Positions 24,185 to 37,825 of a DNA stretch of 64,000 bases are shown here, one piece after another (the stretch's first letter is position 1; every line of letters starts with the position of its first letter). Origin of the DNA: Callorhinchus milii (Eukaryota); contig NW_024704742.1 of NCBI RefSeq assembly GCF_018977255.1, forward strand, positions 121,832,001 to 121,896,000, given 5' to 3'. The notes beneath the pieces are model-generated. The model was given only the letters and a program-made list of their open reading frames with translations. It was not told where the DNA came from and made no database searches. A program made the position numbers and the translations under genes.

Positions 24185-25419
24185 GGGGTGAGTGTTTGCA
24201 GGTGCAGCCTGTGCCGGTTTGGGGGGTTTGGAGTCGGAGGGGAATCAGCTTCACTGGGTCTCGGTGTGAGGTTGGGCTTCACTGTCCACATGGACACCGC
24301 CCCCCACCCCGAGCCGTGGGGAGACGGGCAGTGTGTGGGGGGAACACAAAACCAACCCCACCTTCACCACCGAGAGGTTATTGGTGAATGTAGGTTTTCA
24401 GCTCTCACTGTGTATCTGTACATGTGTCTCCTGAGCGAACATAACTGATTTGCAGCTTCAACAAAGACCAGCAACCTTGATGTTTCTTATAATTTGCTGC
24501 ATCTATTAACCCTCCCCCCAAAAAAAAAATATATGTAACATTTATTCGTGACCCAGGCTGCCTTGTATGCTATAAATATGATTGTCTCTAATTTTGGATT
24601 AAGGTGATGTAGTTTGGGGCCAACATTAATAATGTGTATACTTTATATATAGTGTATATTTACACAGTGTATATATATACTGTATACACATATATTAATA
24701 TATTAATAATGTGTATACCGTATATATACTGATATATATATACTATATATGTACACACACACACATACTTGGACACACAGTCATTTGCGAAACATATAAG
24801 AAAATGGCTATTCGTGTAAAATTCAGAGTTCGGATTTTTTTCAATGAGTTAGAGATGAAGATGCGGAAACATCTATTAGTGATGCCGATTCCCCAGTGCT
24901 GGGTGTTCAAAGTTTGTTTGCACTTAGCATTTACTGCAATGCAATACGAGCTGGAGATCCAGCTGCTGACTGACCATCTGACATCTGTCAGTAGGTAGTT
25001 TGGCTGCAATGCTCTGGAGTTGACTGGTGCAAACATGTGGGAGTGATTCTCTGAGTACCAACACACATACAAACCAGCAGAGGATCAGGCAGCTCGATAC
25101 AGTGACCGATCAGATGACCAAGGTGGACACGATACATTTACTGTGTTTTTTTTGGGCAAGATCGCTCTCTGAATGTCAGGTTTCCAATTAAACCCAGATA
25201 AGTTTAAGGCAGTTTCGTTTTACCTGCATCCATGTATGCATGTCAAATGGACGGTCACACTCTTTATTCAAGGTTTTCTAAAACAACCAGTGATAACCCC
25301 AAACAAAATACTACACGTTTAGACACACATTGTGAAGACTGTAACACGCCTTTGAATTGATCCCCTTCCCCTCTCTCTCTTTAACCCCCCCCCACACACA
25401 CCTCCACCCCCTGTAATAA

Positions 25420-25710
25420 AAATAATAATCCTTGCATTTGATATAGTGCTTTTCACGTCTTTTAGACGTCTCAAAGCGCTTCACAGAATAGACTGTAAAG
25501 TGAATTGACTGTATATTTGTGGGCGAAATGCGGCAGCCAATTGCACACAGCAGTGTCCCACAAACAGTCGTGGATTAAAACAACCAATTTGTTTGTTTTG
25601 AGCGATTATTATCAGGCATGTGGAGTAAGGAAACTTGCCCAAGGTTTTACCCTGCTGGGAATCAAACCCAGTTTGCAAAGCGAGTGCGCTAACCACTGAG
25701 CTGCAGGACT
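25420..25710 (-). mobile_element. Deu-type SINE, near full length
   Basis: Same consensus as 1671-1976. Confidence 0.9.
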
Positions 25711-26234
25711 TTACTGTACCCAAGCAGGAAAGGCTGACTGCTCCTCCATCCTCCGTTAGCTGTTGGGAATTACATCCTTCCATGCTATACAATCTAACAG
25801 ATGCCTCCTCCCCACTCCCTCCTTGGAATGTCTGACTAGGATTCAATGGAGGGAATACACTCAGCTGGAGGAGGTGGAATACGGTACATTGTTTTAAAAA
25901 CGCAACCTTCTGCTGTGAAGGTCAACCTTTATGTTCAAGGGTACAGGGGACACTCAGCCTTGAAATAGGGAGTAAGACACACCATAACCAAAGCACAGTT
26001 ATTTTGGTTAGAGGAGAATGGCCCAGTTGAGGTAAACCATTTGTGGGTTTCTGCAGGTTGGGCACCAGACTGACATGTTCTCTCTTTTTGACCAGCTGGT
26101 TTTCCTTGCATCAATTTACATTATTAATCTGCAAATTTTACTGATATATTATAAAACTATGCACTGTCTGGTATAATATTGGTCAAAAAAATATAACTTG
26201 GTTATTATTGGCTTGAGAATACTGGGGGCACATT

Positions 26235-26331
26235 TGACATTAATTACTCTATTCAAAGAGCCGGCACAAACTCGATAGGCCGAATGGCCTCTTTTTGTGA
26301 TGCACAATTCTATGATTCTATGATTCTATGA
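26235..26331 (+). mobile_element. CR1 3' terminus
   Basis: GGCCGAATGGCCTC hairpin plus (ATTCTATG)3 tail; matches 39200-39287. Confidence 0.8.
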
Positions 26332-28852
26332 ATAGTAAGATTATAGTATTGTCAGTTTTGTGGCCATCAGCGCTGGAAAACTGCTGGAAAGTACATATGT
26401 TGATCAGAGTCAGATGCTATTCTGGAACTGTGAAACACTCTTCCTCAACTCTGCAAAATTCATCCTCAATCTCTCCACCTTCCCCCTTCCTTCCCCATCT
26501 ATTATTATTATTATTATTACTTGCAACCTTCAGAAGCGAAGGAAAGGGAGAACGTTTTGAAAATTGAACCTAAACTTGTGAATACTCTTCAAAAGTAAAA
26601 GCATATCTTGACAATATTTGAAACTGTTTAAGTTGTGGTTATGCATGGTCAAATGTCATTTGATGCTTGGTTTTGAACATAAGACTGTCAGGATACTGTG
26701 CTGGCGTCTTCTATCTGAATGTTCAATTGCAAGACAGCTGAAAGCAATCCAGCTGAAAGTAATCCAACTGTTTTAATATATTGTACTTTTCAAACTGTTT
26801 TCAATTACAATAATAATTCTTGCATTTGTTGTAGCGCCTTATCACATCATTGAGATGCCTCAAAGCACTACATGAATTTATTGTGAAATCTAATGACTTG
26901 AGTATTTGTGAGCAAAGATGGCAGCCTTATTGAGCACATTTATGGTGATATAAGGCATTTGAAACAACTCCTATACATTATCATTTCATATTCGTTGGAG
27001 ATCTCACTATCAGCAAAAATTAATTTCCCATTTGTGGTAAGGTCAAAAAGTATATTTAATTGTACTTGCACAAGATACATTAGATGATGGGTACAGGAAT
27101 TAGAAATCAATTTAATGTTAACAATAATAATCCTTGCATTCAGTATAGCGCCTTATCATGTCGTCGAGACATCTCAAAGCACTACACAGGATATACTGCA
27201 AAGTGGATTGACTGTGCGTTAAATGAAGCGAATGCTAATTAATCTGAATTATAGAGCCGTGAAGATAATGTTATTTTACTTGCTTGCTAATGTTCTGCCC
27301 TCCATTCATTTGACTTTTTAATGCGTATTGTATTTGCCCTCCAGCACCTCTCCCAAGTGGCTATTCTTCACATGTAGGTCTTGATATGAAATGCCCCTTT
27401 TGTAGTGCTGACACAGTTTGGCATGATTTATGCTTACTCACTCTGAATCATTCTCACTATGGAGAGTTCTGAGCAACTGAAACTAAGAGCACCACCAGTA
27501 TTCCCTTCACTGGTGCCAATAGCCAACTAATTCTTCATTATTCAGAAAGTTCAGGATTGTGACCAACTAGTTAATTACATTAAAAATCTTAAGGGTGTGT
27601 CAGTGGACTGCCCAAGAACTCTTAAACTTCATTCCTTTAAAATTAAAAAAAATCATTTGAAACAGACTGGTGTAAACCTAATTTACACTGTTTGTAATTG
27701 ATTGCATTCTAAGATTTATACTCACTTTAAGTGTTGAGTTTACCTGGAAACTGCATTAAAATTGATGTTAACAGTCATAATAATGGTACATTAAAATGTG
27801 CATATTATTGTGCCTATACATAAATGTTACAGTTCACTTCAGATCTTTGGAACGCAAAGCAGAATAGACGTGCTTTATATGTATTTTAGTGCTCCACAGA
27901 ATTTTGTTTTTGTTACAGAATCTATAATTATCCTTGCATTTGATATATAACACTTTTAATACGTCATTGATATACTGTAAAGTTAATTGATTGTTTATTT
28001 TGTGGGCTATGTATAATACCTAATCGGTTGTGATTTAATATGGAGAGTGTAAAAAAACTGATTCTTAACCCCACTGTTCCAATTCTAAATTATTTTGTCT
28101 GCAGGTTTTTTCGTGGGCATTTGTCATTTTTTCTACTTCCAATGAGGAATGATGGAATGAGGAAATTTGTATTTAGGTTTCATTATAAATTAGTGGAAAT
28201 TAAATTTATCCCATGGCAACATGAACTCTTTTCAAAAGGCAGTAATTATCATCCTCCAATTAAATAATGTAGCATTTGAATAGCAGTTACTATCTGAATA
28301 AGCGGTTCAAAATAACTTTTGAAAGACAATTTCTTCTTCCATTTTCATCATTCATTTGAATTGATCTAGAATTACTCATGGCGATTTATTGTTTTTTAAT
28401 ACAGTATTTTTAGATTGCCAGCAAATATCCTGATCTTGTAATATAAACTTATATTGGGATTTAGAAATAAGAGGTACAGCGATGGAATTGCTAATGAACT
28501 GTAAAGTTTAATTTATCTAACTAAATTGTACTTTCCCAGAACCTTTGTAAAAGGTTAGGCAAGATTGAGTCATGTTTTTTTTCATCACTACTCATAAAAT
28601 TACTTTAGCTGTACATTATAATTATAAAACTATTAATTATGCAACAACAACAAAATTACATTTGTATAGTACCTTTCACATCGGGAGGACCGCCCAAGGC
28701 ACAGGATACTGTGCACTGTTTCAGACCTTAATTATAAGCCTTATACTGTATTTATTATATTGCCTTTAACATTGGGAGAATGTACAACGTTTTACAAAAG
28801 GAAATACAAATAGGTATCTGGCCAGCAAAGTCCTCTGAGACGTTATCTCATG

Positions 28853-29047
28853 TAATAATAATCCTTGCATTTGATATAGCGCTTTTCACGTTGAGCGGAC
28901 GTCCTAAAGCGCTTGACAGAACACACTGTAAAGTGAATTGACTGTATATTTGTGGGCGAACGCGGCAGCCAATTGCACACAGCAATATCTCACAAACAGT
29001 CATAGATTGAAAATGACCAATTTATTATTGTTTTGGGTTTTGGAGGG

Positions 29048-29075
<28 letters not shown>
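28853..29075 (-). mobile_element. Deu-type SINE 3' half
   Basis: Matches family consensus; internal ATT run expanded. Confidence 0.85.
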
Positions 29076-29079
<4 letters not shown>

Positions 29080-30789
29080 AAGCAAGTTCTTGTTTGTAGA
29101 TTACAGGGAAAGATTTAAACAAAGGATGGAAGGGAAAGGTGTTGTCTGTGGAGGATAGCAAGCCAGGATTGAATAGTGGCATTAGGTGGAGGAGTTTTTC
29201 TTGGTTACCTTTGGGATCATGGAGCATTTATTGTCAAACGTTCCCTTGAAGATTGATTGAGTTAAATCAAATATAATTGCACATGGGTCATGCTTATGAG
29301 CAGAATGGCTGTGTCCTTTTTTTAATATTTAAAGTGCAAGTCTATACTACGCCTGCTTCATTTGATTATGAGCACCAAAGGAATGGTCATACATCAAATA
29401 GTTAGTTCATGACTGATCCTGTAGTGAAGAGTAACCCAGGCCTCAAATTTCCCTTTTTTTTCCACCCATAACATTCACTTTACAATGTATACTGTGAAGT
29501 GCTTTGAGACATCTCAAAGACATGATAAAGTGCTATATGAAAGGCAAGGATTATTATTATACTTTTTCTTGTTTCATTATTTCAGCAGAAACCGATGAAA
29601 GAACATCCAACATCTACTTTTGCTGTGTTTTTATCCTACATACTAGTCATTGATGGGCTTAACCCTCAGTGATCCCGCCAAGGACATTGTCTACAACTGA
29701 AAGAGAGGTGGTCTCTCGTCTTTTGTAGTAGTTAGTAACATTAACTTACAGTACAGCTGCTATATCTATGGCATGGTATGCATATAAAAACAAAAAAACT
29801 CTTTTTTTGTCAATGACTTCATGAGAATCTTGGCAAATGCTCCTAATTTTGCCAAGGACGCCTCATGCAATTGCTTTCCTGCATTATGTTTTCATTGAAC
29901 AATACTATCTTATGTTTGCAAGAATACTGATCGGCTATATTTACTTTCCATAGACTTTTCAAGGCTATCCATTGATAAGTAGGGTGAGTTATTTTTTTTA
30001 ATGGCACGTCAAACCTTAAAACATCTGCTACTTACTGCTAAGTGTGATTTTTCTTTTTTCTTTCTTTGTCTCTGCAACAGTCTAGCTGTTTTTAAACCAA
30101 TTTTTAAAATCGCATCATCATTGCAGTTCACTTCCATTAAATCCTGAATCAATTTGCATGCTGACTGGCCAAGGATGCTAGGTGCTGTACTCAGTTTTAA
30201 ACTTTGGATCTCAATATACTTCATTCTACATCACAAATTATGTACAAGCATTCCCACAAGTGTTGTTGGACCTGTCTTCCTAGCATCTGCCAGAATTTAT
30301 TTTATAAGGTGAAACTGTTTTATGACTTGTTCAGGTGGGAATCAACATCTGTGTTGTTTTTTATTGAGTCAATAGAAGTTTATGAAGTGTACTCTATTGA
30401 GTACAGTAAAGCTAGCACAGCTTTATAGGAAATAATCAAATAACCTTGCTTTAACCTGCTTTTACTGCCCAGTGTGGGCTAGCAGAAGCTTCTATGACTC
30501 ACTGGAATATAATGAACTTAATAGCGCTCTTGAATGACAGTCCAGCTAACACTGTTGTTTTTCTTTGAAGCACTTGAAGTTTGTTCAGGTACCTGACATT
30601 ATATTGTGAAATAGGACATTGTCATCTTCAGATTCATTTTCTTGCAAGGAAGCCAGAATTACTGTGAGAGTTTATCACAAATAAAGATTATCAGTTGTTT
30701 TACCATTTACCCTCACTCTGCCATGATCATCATTTAAATTATAACAAAGAACAACTTATTGCACAGTGGTATCTGAGCAGGAGCCTATT

Positions 30790-31095
30790 CACTACCTTCA
30801 TTTGCTTCATGCAACTCCCTTGATCCACCATTACTGGTGCACCATTCACTGGTGCACAATGAAAGTGTTTCAAGCAATTTTGAAAAATGCCACTAAATGC
30901 AAAGGAACATAACCACAGTAGACTCAGCCTGGAATTATAGCTAAACCTCCTCAATCCAGGTGTTAATCTAGTGAACCGTAATTGGACATCCTCCAGATTG
31001 GATGACCACACCTGAATACAGTACTCAAAATGCACCATCAACTTTTATATTTTAGAACTCTTGTATTGATAGCATCCCATTTGCTTTTTTGACTG
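30790..31095 (-). mobile_element. Degenerate CR1 fragment
   Basis: HFEYCIQVWS..LEDVQLRFTRLTPGLR. Confidence 0.7.
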
Positions 31096-31773
31096 TTTTT
31101 GCAAATTAATGCCTATTGTGGGCCATCTCGCTTTAATTATTGGAATGGTAAGGTAAATAATTAATGAGAAACTGGCGCTGTTTTGTTTCTTGTTAGTTCA
31201 TCAAACACTCGATTGGAATTTTTTTGGTAAACGGTATACAGTTTTTGAGTTGTTTCGCTGTGTATAATAATTGGTAAAATGTAAAGAAATGAGGCACTGT
31301 TTTAAGGCAAATGTGTTTAGCAACTCTTTTACTGTTATTCAGGAGTGCAGGCTGTGATGATATAAATTCTCCTGTGATATATTGTAATGTAATTTGTACA
31401 ACGTATTATTATGACAAAGAGGACATTGGCTTCTTCTGGTACTTCCACCCCAAAGAAAAATAGTTTAACTAAAAACTGCATCAGGAAGACAATTCCCTTT
31501 GAGTCTACAACTAAACCACAAGCCAAATGCCAACATTGAGTGGTTTCTTAATGAAAATTGTACAATTAGCCCAGTTAGAACTAAGTTCTCAGCCTAGTTT
31601 GAAATGTGGTTTTCACACCACAAGTTTCCAGCTCAATGGTTGTAAGGCCATCATTTGTAAACAGGGTACAGTAGATCTTCAGCTTCCATCTGTGACTAAA
31701 ATAAATTCCACTCTATCAAAGATACTAAAAATCTGCTTCTTTCTTTCCTTTTAATTTTGGCATTCCATAACAA

Positions 31774-32163
31774 AGCAATTTAGATAATAGATGCTTAATA
31801 TCTGTTCACCTTTATATCATATATGTTTGCTCGCATTTGCATTTAATGGGCTAAAGGAATTATTCAGCGTATATTCAGCCATTTTTGTCACAATAACACT
31901 GTACACAAATTACATTACAATTTATCAGATGGGAACTTCTAGCCTTTAAACCCATATAGAGTAGTGGTAACACTTCCCAAACATGAAAATGTAGTATTGG
32001 TAATTGAAACTTATTTTTAAGACAATTTTCTGGAATCCTTTTTTCCATCTTGAGTATGCATATACAGTATACTGAATAATTTATTTAATTTATTAAATGC
32101 AAATGTGAACAGACATGCATGATATGAGGGTGAACAGATATTAAGTCTATTATCTAAATTGCT
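31774..32163. mobile_element. MITE-like / palindromic element with ~72-bp terminal inverted repeats
   Basis: AGCAATTTAGATAATAGATGCTTAATATCTGTTCACC... is matched by ...GGTGAACAGATATTAAGTCTATTATCTAAATTGCT. Confidence 0.7.
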
Positions 32164-32738
32164 AGTATGCCAGAAGAGACCTGTCTGACTAATTAGTCTT
32201 CCACAGCAGTTAAACTCAACTCCTCATTTTGTTTGGTTGAATATTGTTTGTGTGGCTTATACTGCAGTTGTATCAATCACAAATGTAGTAATAATAATGA
32301 TCCTTGCATTTGATATAGCACTTTTCATGTCTTTTAGACAATATGTTTTGACTATATCCAGTCTATCCAGTAGACTTTTTTTGGATTTCAGAATTTGGAT
32401 TTTTGGGAGAGGTTACGGTACATGGAGACTTATAAAAAATAAAGTTTAAATGAGATATATTGGTGATGTGAAGTCCTTTAAGGTAGAATCTTTATGGTTA
32501 TGGAAGTAGCTGCTTGAAAGGTTGAAAAGGCCTCCTGAGTGTCTTTCATCAGTCTTCAAAAGTAAGGTTTCAGAATGGGTGATAAGGTGTGCAGAAGTCC
32601 AACTGATTTACCGATTTACCTATGGCCATCATTTTGCATGATTTACAAGTTAAACATACAAAATAGCTAACCATTTGTAAGTTAAAATATCAATTAAATA
32701 ATCCTTGGATTTGATATAGTGCCTTATCAGACAGACAA

Positions 32739-33062
32739 GATAATAATAATAATAATCTTTGCATTTGATATAGTGCTTTTCACGTCGGGAGGACGTTCCA
32801 AAACGCTTCACAGAACACACTGTAATGTGAATTGATTATATATTTGTGGGCGAACGCGGCAGCCAATTGCGCACAGCAATGTCCCACAAACAGTCGTAAA
32901 TTGAAAATGACCAATTTATTATTGGTTTTTTGGGGGTTTTGGAGGGATTATTATTAGGCGTGTGGAGTAAGGAAACTTGCCCAAGGTTTCGCCCTGCCTG
33001 GAATTGAACTCGGGTCTCTCGCTTGCAAAGCGAGTGCTCTAACCATTGAGCTACAGGACTCC
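32739..33062 (-). mobile_element. Young Deu-type SINE, full length
   Basis: Intact A/B boxes, CpGs retained, CTCCC tail loop. Confidence 0.92.
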
Positions 33063-34124
33063 AAGATGTCTCAAAGAGCTTCATAGGACAGATTGCAAAG
33101 TTGTGTGACTGCACGAATGCCCACAGAAATATTGTTTTGTTTGAAATGCAGTGCTTACATATGCCAATTCATTTTATGGCTGCCTACGAATTGTTTCCAC
33201 CCAGCTCTTTGCATCAGCATTTTTCAATTGGAACACATGGGAAGTAAATCTGCTTGAACTAATATTGTTTTTTCTAACACCGTGGCCCTTGGCTGTCATG
33301 TTATATGATGCCTTCATTGTGAAAATTCTCTTCTGGTCAGGGAGTTCTTTCTAAACCCAAGTTCCAACTGTTTTAGTTATGTATCTCCTCTTCAGTGGTA
33401 TTCTTTGTTATGTATAGTATCTAATCACAGTATAGTTGTTGTAATCTGAAATCACTTGTGTATTTCTACAGCATTCTCAAGAGTAGATATATCCCATATT
33501 ATTTGGAATAATTTTTCACCTTCATTACCATTTTACGTAATATTTAGAGCTATTTCTCAAATTATCCTTCAATCACTGTCTGAGGCTAATTTCACAGATG
33601 GATTTCTTATATTTCTTATATTCCTCAGATTCATACCTGGTGAATGTTTGCCCCAGCGCAGTGACAATCATTGTATTAGTGGGTTGTGATACTATTTATA
33701 GTAGTTAGTGTCTCATTGCACCATTTTCTATTTATAATTTTAATAAAATCTGTGTGCCTACTTGTCACCATAAAGTTGAAATGATATCTGCTCACACAGA
33801 AGTGAATCCCTCTCTGATGCTCCCTGGCGATGTAGTCAAATATAAGTTGCTATGGTGCACTGTTAGACTCTCCATTGCCTTGGCACCTGTGCTGTTCAAT
33901 GGCTTTTTGACTCCCTTTCATGGTATAAAGTTTGGATTCCAACAGTAGTTCTTTCTTGTTGTTTCTTTGTGAATTTTTTATGAACAGCCTGGTTCACCAG
34001 AGTTTTACATGCAATTTCACCATTTGATATGGCACAGTAAAACTGTTTCATACTTTTTCATAGATATTTCAAAAGTCGACATCTCATCAGTTTTGCTTAG
34101 TCCCATCTGTTATTGTAATCATAA

Positions 34125-34400
34125 CAATAATACTAATTCTTACATTTGATATAGTTACTTTCACATCAGGAGGAAGTCTCAAAGTGCTTCAAAGAATGTA
34201 TTGTAAAGTGGAGTGACTGTGTGTTTTGTAGGCATACCTGGCAGTCAATTTTGCACAGAACGCAACAAACAGCCATGAAGTGAATAACCAATTTTATCTG
34301 GCTTAATTGTTGGCCAGGACACTAGGAAAAACTGCCTTCGCTTTTCGAATAGTACCATAGGATCTTTAACGTCCATTTGAACATGGGATCTTTTAACGCC
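34125..34400 (-). mobile_element. Older Deu SINE fragment
   Basis: TTGGCCAGGACACTAGG..TTCGAATAGTACCATAGGATCTTTAAC. Confidence 0.7.
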
Positions 34401-35784
34401 AACCCTGTGTCTGGGAATTCCACCATTGTATTGCACGATTATATTTTGGTATCACCCAGGTGTCCCTTTTTTTAAACAGCATAGCGAGTGCACTACCTAT
34501 ACAAGTTTTCTTTTGTTAGAGGATTCAAAGGGCCTCAACTCAATGAATGTAGGTTTGGCTAACTGGATCACTTCAGAATTCAACACGGTGGGAACAAGCA
34601 GTTGCTGTAAATGCCTTTTCCAAGTAGGATGTTGCCAGTAGCAGCAGAACACTCTAATGATCTCCAACCACTGCTATTCAGACTAGAAAGCTTTGACTAG
34701 CTTGTTCCTCCCAGGTCTTAGAATGCATTCATCTGCATTCACTGACTTTAGCTCAGTGTTGGCTTCTTGTAGTCAGGCTGACTTTTCAGGTCTCAGCCTA
34801 GGGTAGGTTCATCTGGATTACCCTTGACTTGCTCAACTGGCATCTTCTTTAAAACCTACCTCTTCGACGGTGATTTCGGTAATCTTTCCCCTACCCTACA
34901 CATATACCCAGCTCAGGTTTCCAGTCATCTGTGTGAAGTACTTTGAGACGTCCTCTCAATGTAAAAGATGCTATATAAATGCAAATTGTTGTTGTTCAAA
35001 CTTTGCTGGCCAATAGCTCACAGTTCTTCAAATATAATTTGGTACTGGAATTTAAAAGGCTTATTAGATTTGCTACTGAGGTCAGTCATCATGCCATTCT
35101 ACAGTATGTTAAAAAGGAATTTACCGCTTGTAGATATGAATTTTAACAGCAGCTTTCGATTAAACATCAATATCAATTTGAAAAAAAAGATTTGTTTTAA
35201 AATCTTTCCAATCTCTCCTCGTACATTTGCTTTCATTTCTGACTATTACATATGGACATGGTTTTATTCTTTCTCTGCAAATATCTAAATCAGGACTGAG
35301 TCTGTGTTCACAGAAAGTATTTTCTTTTATAGTAGATTGGAGAAAGAAATGGTTTATTTTGATTCCTATGCATTCAGGCTTCATATTAACACCACCATGT
35401 TATTGGAATGCAACAACAGGTTTCTGATTCATGTTACCCTGCCATAAAATACAAAAACAATTCCTACCTCTCTATGTACGTTTCAGGCTTATTAGTTATT
35501 TCTGTCGACCCCAGATAATCACTCCCCAAGTAATGATCCTGCTAAAAATTGACAGAAGTTACCAATAGATTTGGTAGACTTTCTTTCGATTAATACACAA
35601 AGGTGAAACCTTTACACTGTTTTAAGTAACAAACATGAAACACCATCACTGCATAGCTGGACTATTGATTTTTTTTCACAATTGAGTGTGTCCAATTTTG
35701 TTTTTAATATTCTCCCCATCGGCATATGCCTCTTTACTCCTGGTCTAGCTTTCAGTTCTACATTTGGTTACCGTCCAATAACCT

Positions 35785-36040
35785 GTCCAAGTGGCCATTG
35801 TTCATGCCTTGGCAGTGAAAGTAGGCCATTCACCTGTAGAGAGCATCACAGCAAAGCCTAAGCTTTCCCTGCCCAGCTGTCACACATGCACAAAACCAGT
35901 AGAGGATGCGGTAGAGGTTTTCCCTGAAGGATCGAAGCACCAATTTAGCCTGTCTGTGAACGACAGCTGGATACGTAGACCAGGAATTGAACCAATGAGC
36001 CTTGGTCCATAAGCTGCAGCTCTGTCTACTACACCAGGGA
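35785..36040 (-). mobile_element. Ancient tRNA-like SINE copy
   Basis: CCAAGTGGCCATTGTTCATG..AGACCAGGAATTGAACC; similar to 27335-27560 and 44070-44385. Confidence 0.5.
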
Positions 36041-36093
36041 TGGTCAAAATGCATTAGGCATGAGTAAATTAGTCACAAGTTGGCCATCCCTAT

Positions 36094-36427
36094 GGAGTCC
36101 TGTAGCTCAGCGGTCAGAGCACTCGCAAGAGAGAGACCTATGTTTGATTCCCAGCAATTGTTGGGCAAGTTTCCTTACTCCACACACCTCTGTTTACCTA
36201 GTAGTAAATAGGAATCCGATTGTTAGTCGATTAGCAGATCGCTTTTCCGGCGGTAATAATTCCTTCAAACAAAAAAATTGGTCACTTCAATCCACGATTG
36301 GCTGGCGCATTTCACCCACAAAATATACAGTCAATTAACTTTACAGTATATTCTGTGAAGCTCTTTGAGACGTCTTGAAGATGTGATAAGACACTATGTT
36401 GAATGCAAGGATTATTATTATTATTAT
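36094..36427 (+). mobile_element. Deu-type SINE, long subfamily
   Basis: GGAGTCCTGTAGCTCAG head, extra middle segment, (ATT)n. Confidence 0.88.
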
Positions 36428-37825
36428 CACACCCTCAGGACTGCACCATAAAACTAATTTTTTTTCCCGCCATCCTCTGTAGCTAACTGCTGGAGGATTC
36501 AATGTGACGTGGCTTTCAGATTTTTTTTCACGATAATAATTATTTCTCAAAAAAATCTTTTTATTATAGAAAATTTGACTTGTATCTGTAAGATTTCAAT
36601 GAAATAAAAACAAATGTATTTTTATCATTTATGATGCATTTGAATGAAGATTGTAATAACATAATCGTTGCAGTTGATAAAGTACATTTAACTTTCGCAG
36701 AGGATCTCTCAAAGCGCTCTGGGGATATGTATTTTGAAGGCGAACTTCTATCCAGTATTATATATAGTGTACTGTGTTGTATGTTCCTTTATTTCTGTTG
36801 AAATACATCATTGCCCTGCCTTCAGAAAAAAAACTATTTGTATATTTTGTAGGCAATTGCAAGTACTGAGACAATAAGGTTTTTTTTATTTTCTATTAAT
36901 GTACCATAAAAAATCTATTGGAAATACCAGCAATCGCAGTTTCTAATGGCGCATGAGTTATATCCCCAAGTTTACTGGCATGAAGATATGATTGATATAG
37001 TAGATTTTATAATAAATGCCTTGATTATCCATTTTGGTCTGCCACAGTTATTTCATTGTAAATTCTATCTCCAGGCATTGATCTCAGGTTTTGCCTTTGT
37101 TTCCTGTTTTGTAATGCATTTTCCAAAGATGCAGATGTAAGAAGTATTTGAAAATAGTTTTGCAAGCCTCAGTGCATTTTGCTAGGATATTAATTAGATT
37201 GCCATGTTAAAAGGCTTGACAGAAAGAGATTTGACTAAATACAATTATTTACACTAGAACTGATAAAAAATCATCAGGTTGATGACAAACCCAATGCTAA
37301 CTGACATTGAACCCAAGTGGTTTTATAAAACGTGATCTTAAAAGACGAAGTGGAAAATGTATATTTAAATTTATAAAAGCACTTTTAGCAGTAACATGGC
37401 ATAATAATGATCAGTTAAAACTCAGTATTTGGATCATATCATTGCTCCTTCTTCACACTAAAGTTTAATGAGATGGGAGTTGATCGTAATTCTAATTTAC
37501 TACGCTATCAGCCAGGAATTAGACACACGATCTGTGCAGTTTAAAGTGACCTACCGTTCAAGTAGAAAGGGCAGAAAATGGCAACTAAGGGAAACCTGCA
37601 TCACAGAACAGTTTCACAGGGAATGAATTTTATGTTCAAGTTAAAATACACACAGTGGGAGGATTAATACATTATATTTTAATTTGTAGTACTGAAGTAA
37701 TTTCCTAACTTATTTAAATTTTACATAAAAATAACACACTTACAACAAGTCTCACCAGTTCTAAAATGTTCTTGTGCTCTTTTATCCTCTGTGTCCAGGT
37801 CTTTCTTTCACTAATATATTTGTCA

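Noticed and set aside
21617..24448. ORFs of 275-502 aa resembling metallothionein, keratin-associated or collagen-like proteins (CVSCPVC, PALPC, GQGRA)
   Set aside because: Open on both strands and in multiple frames because the 14-bp and 5-bp units have no stops; the real exon ends at the 21976 donor
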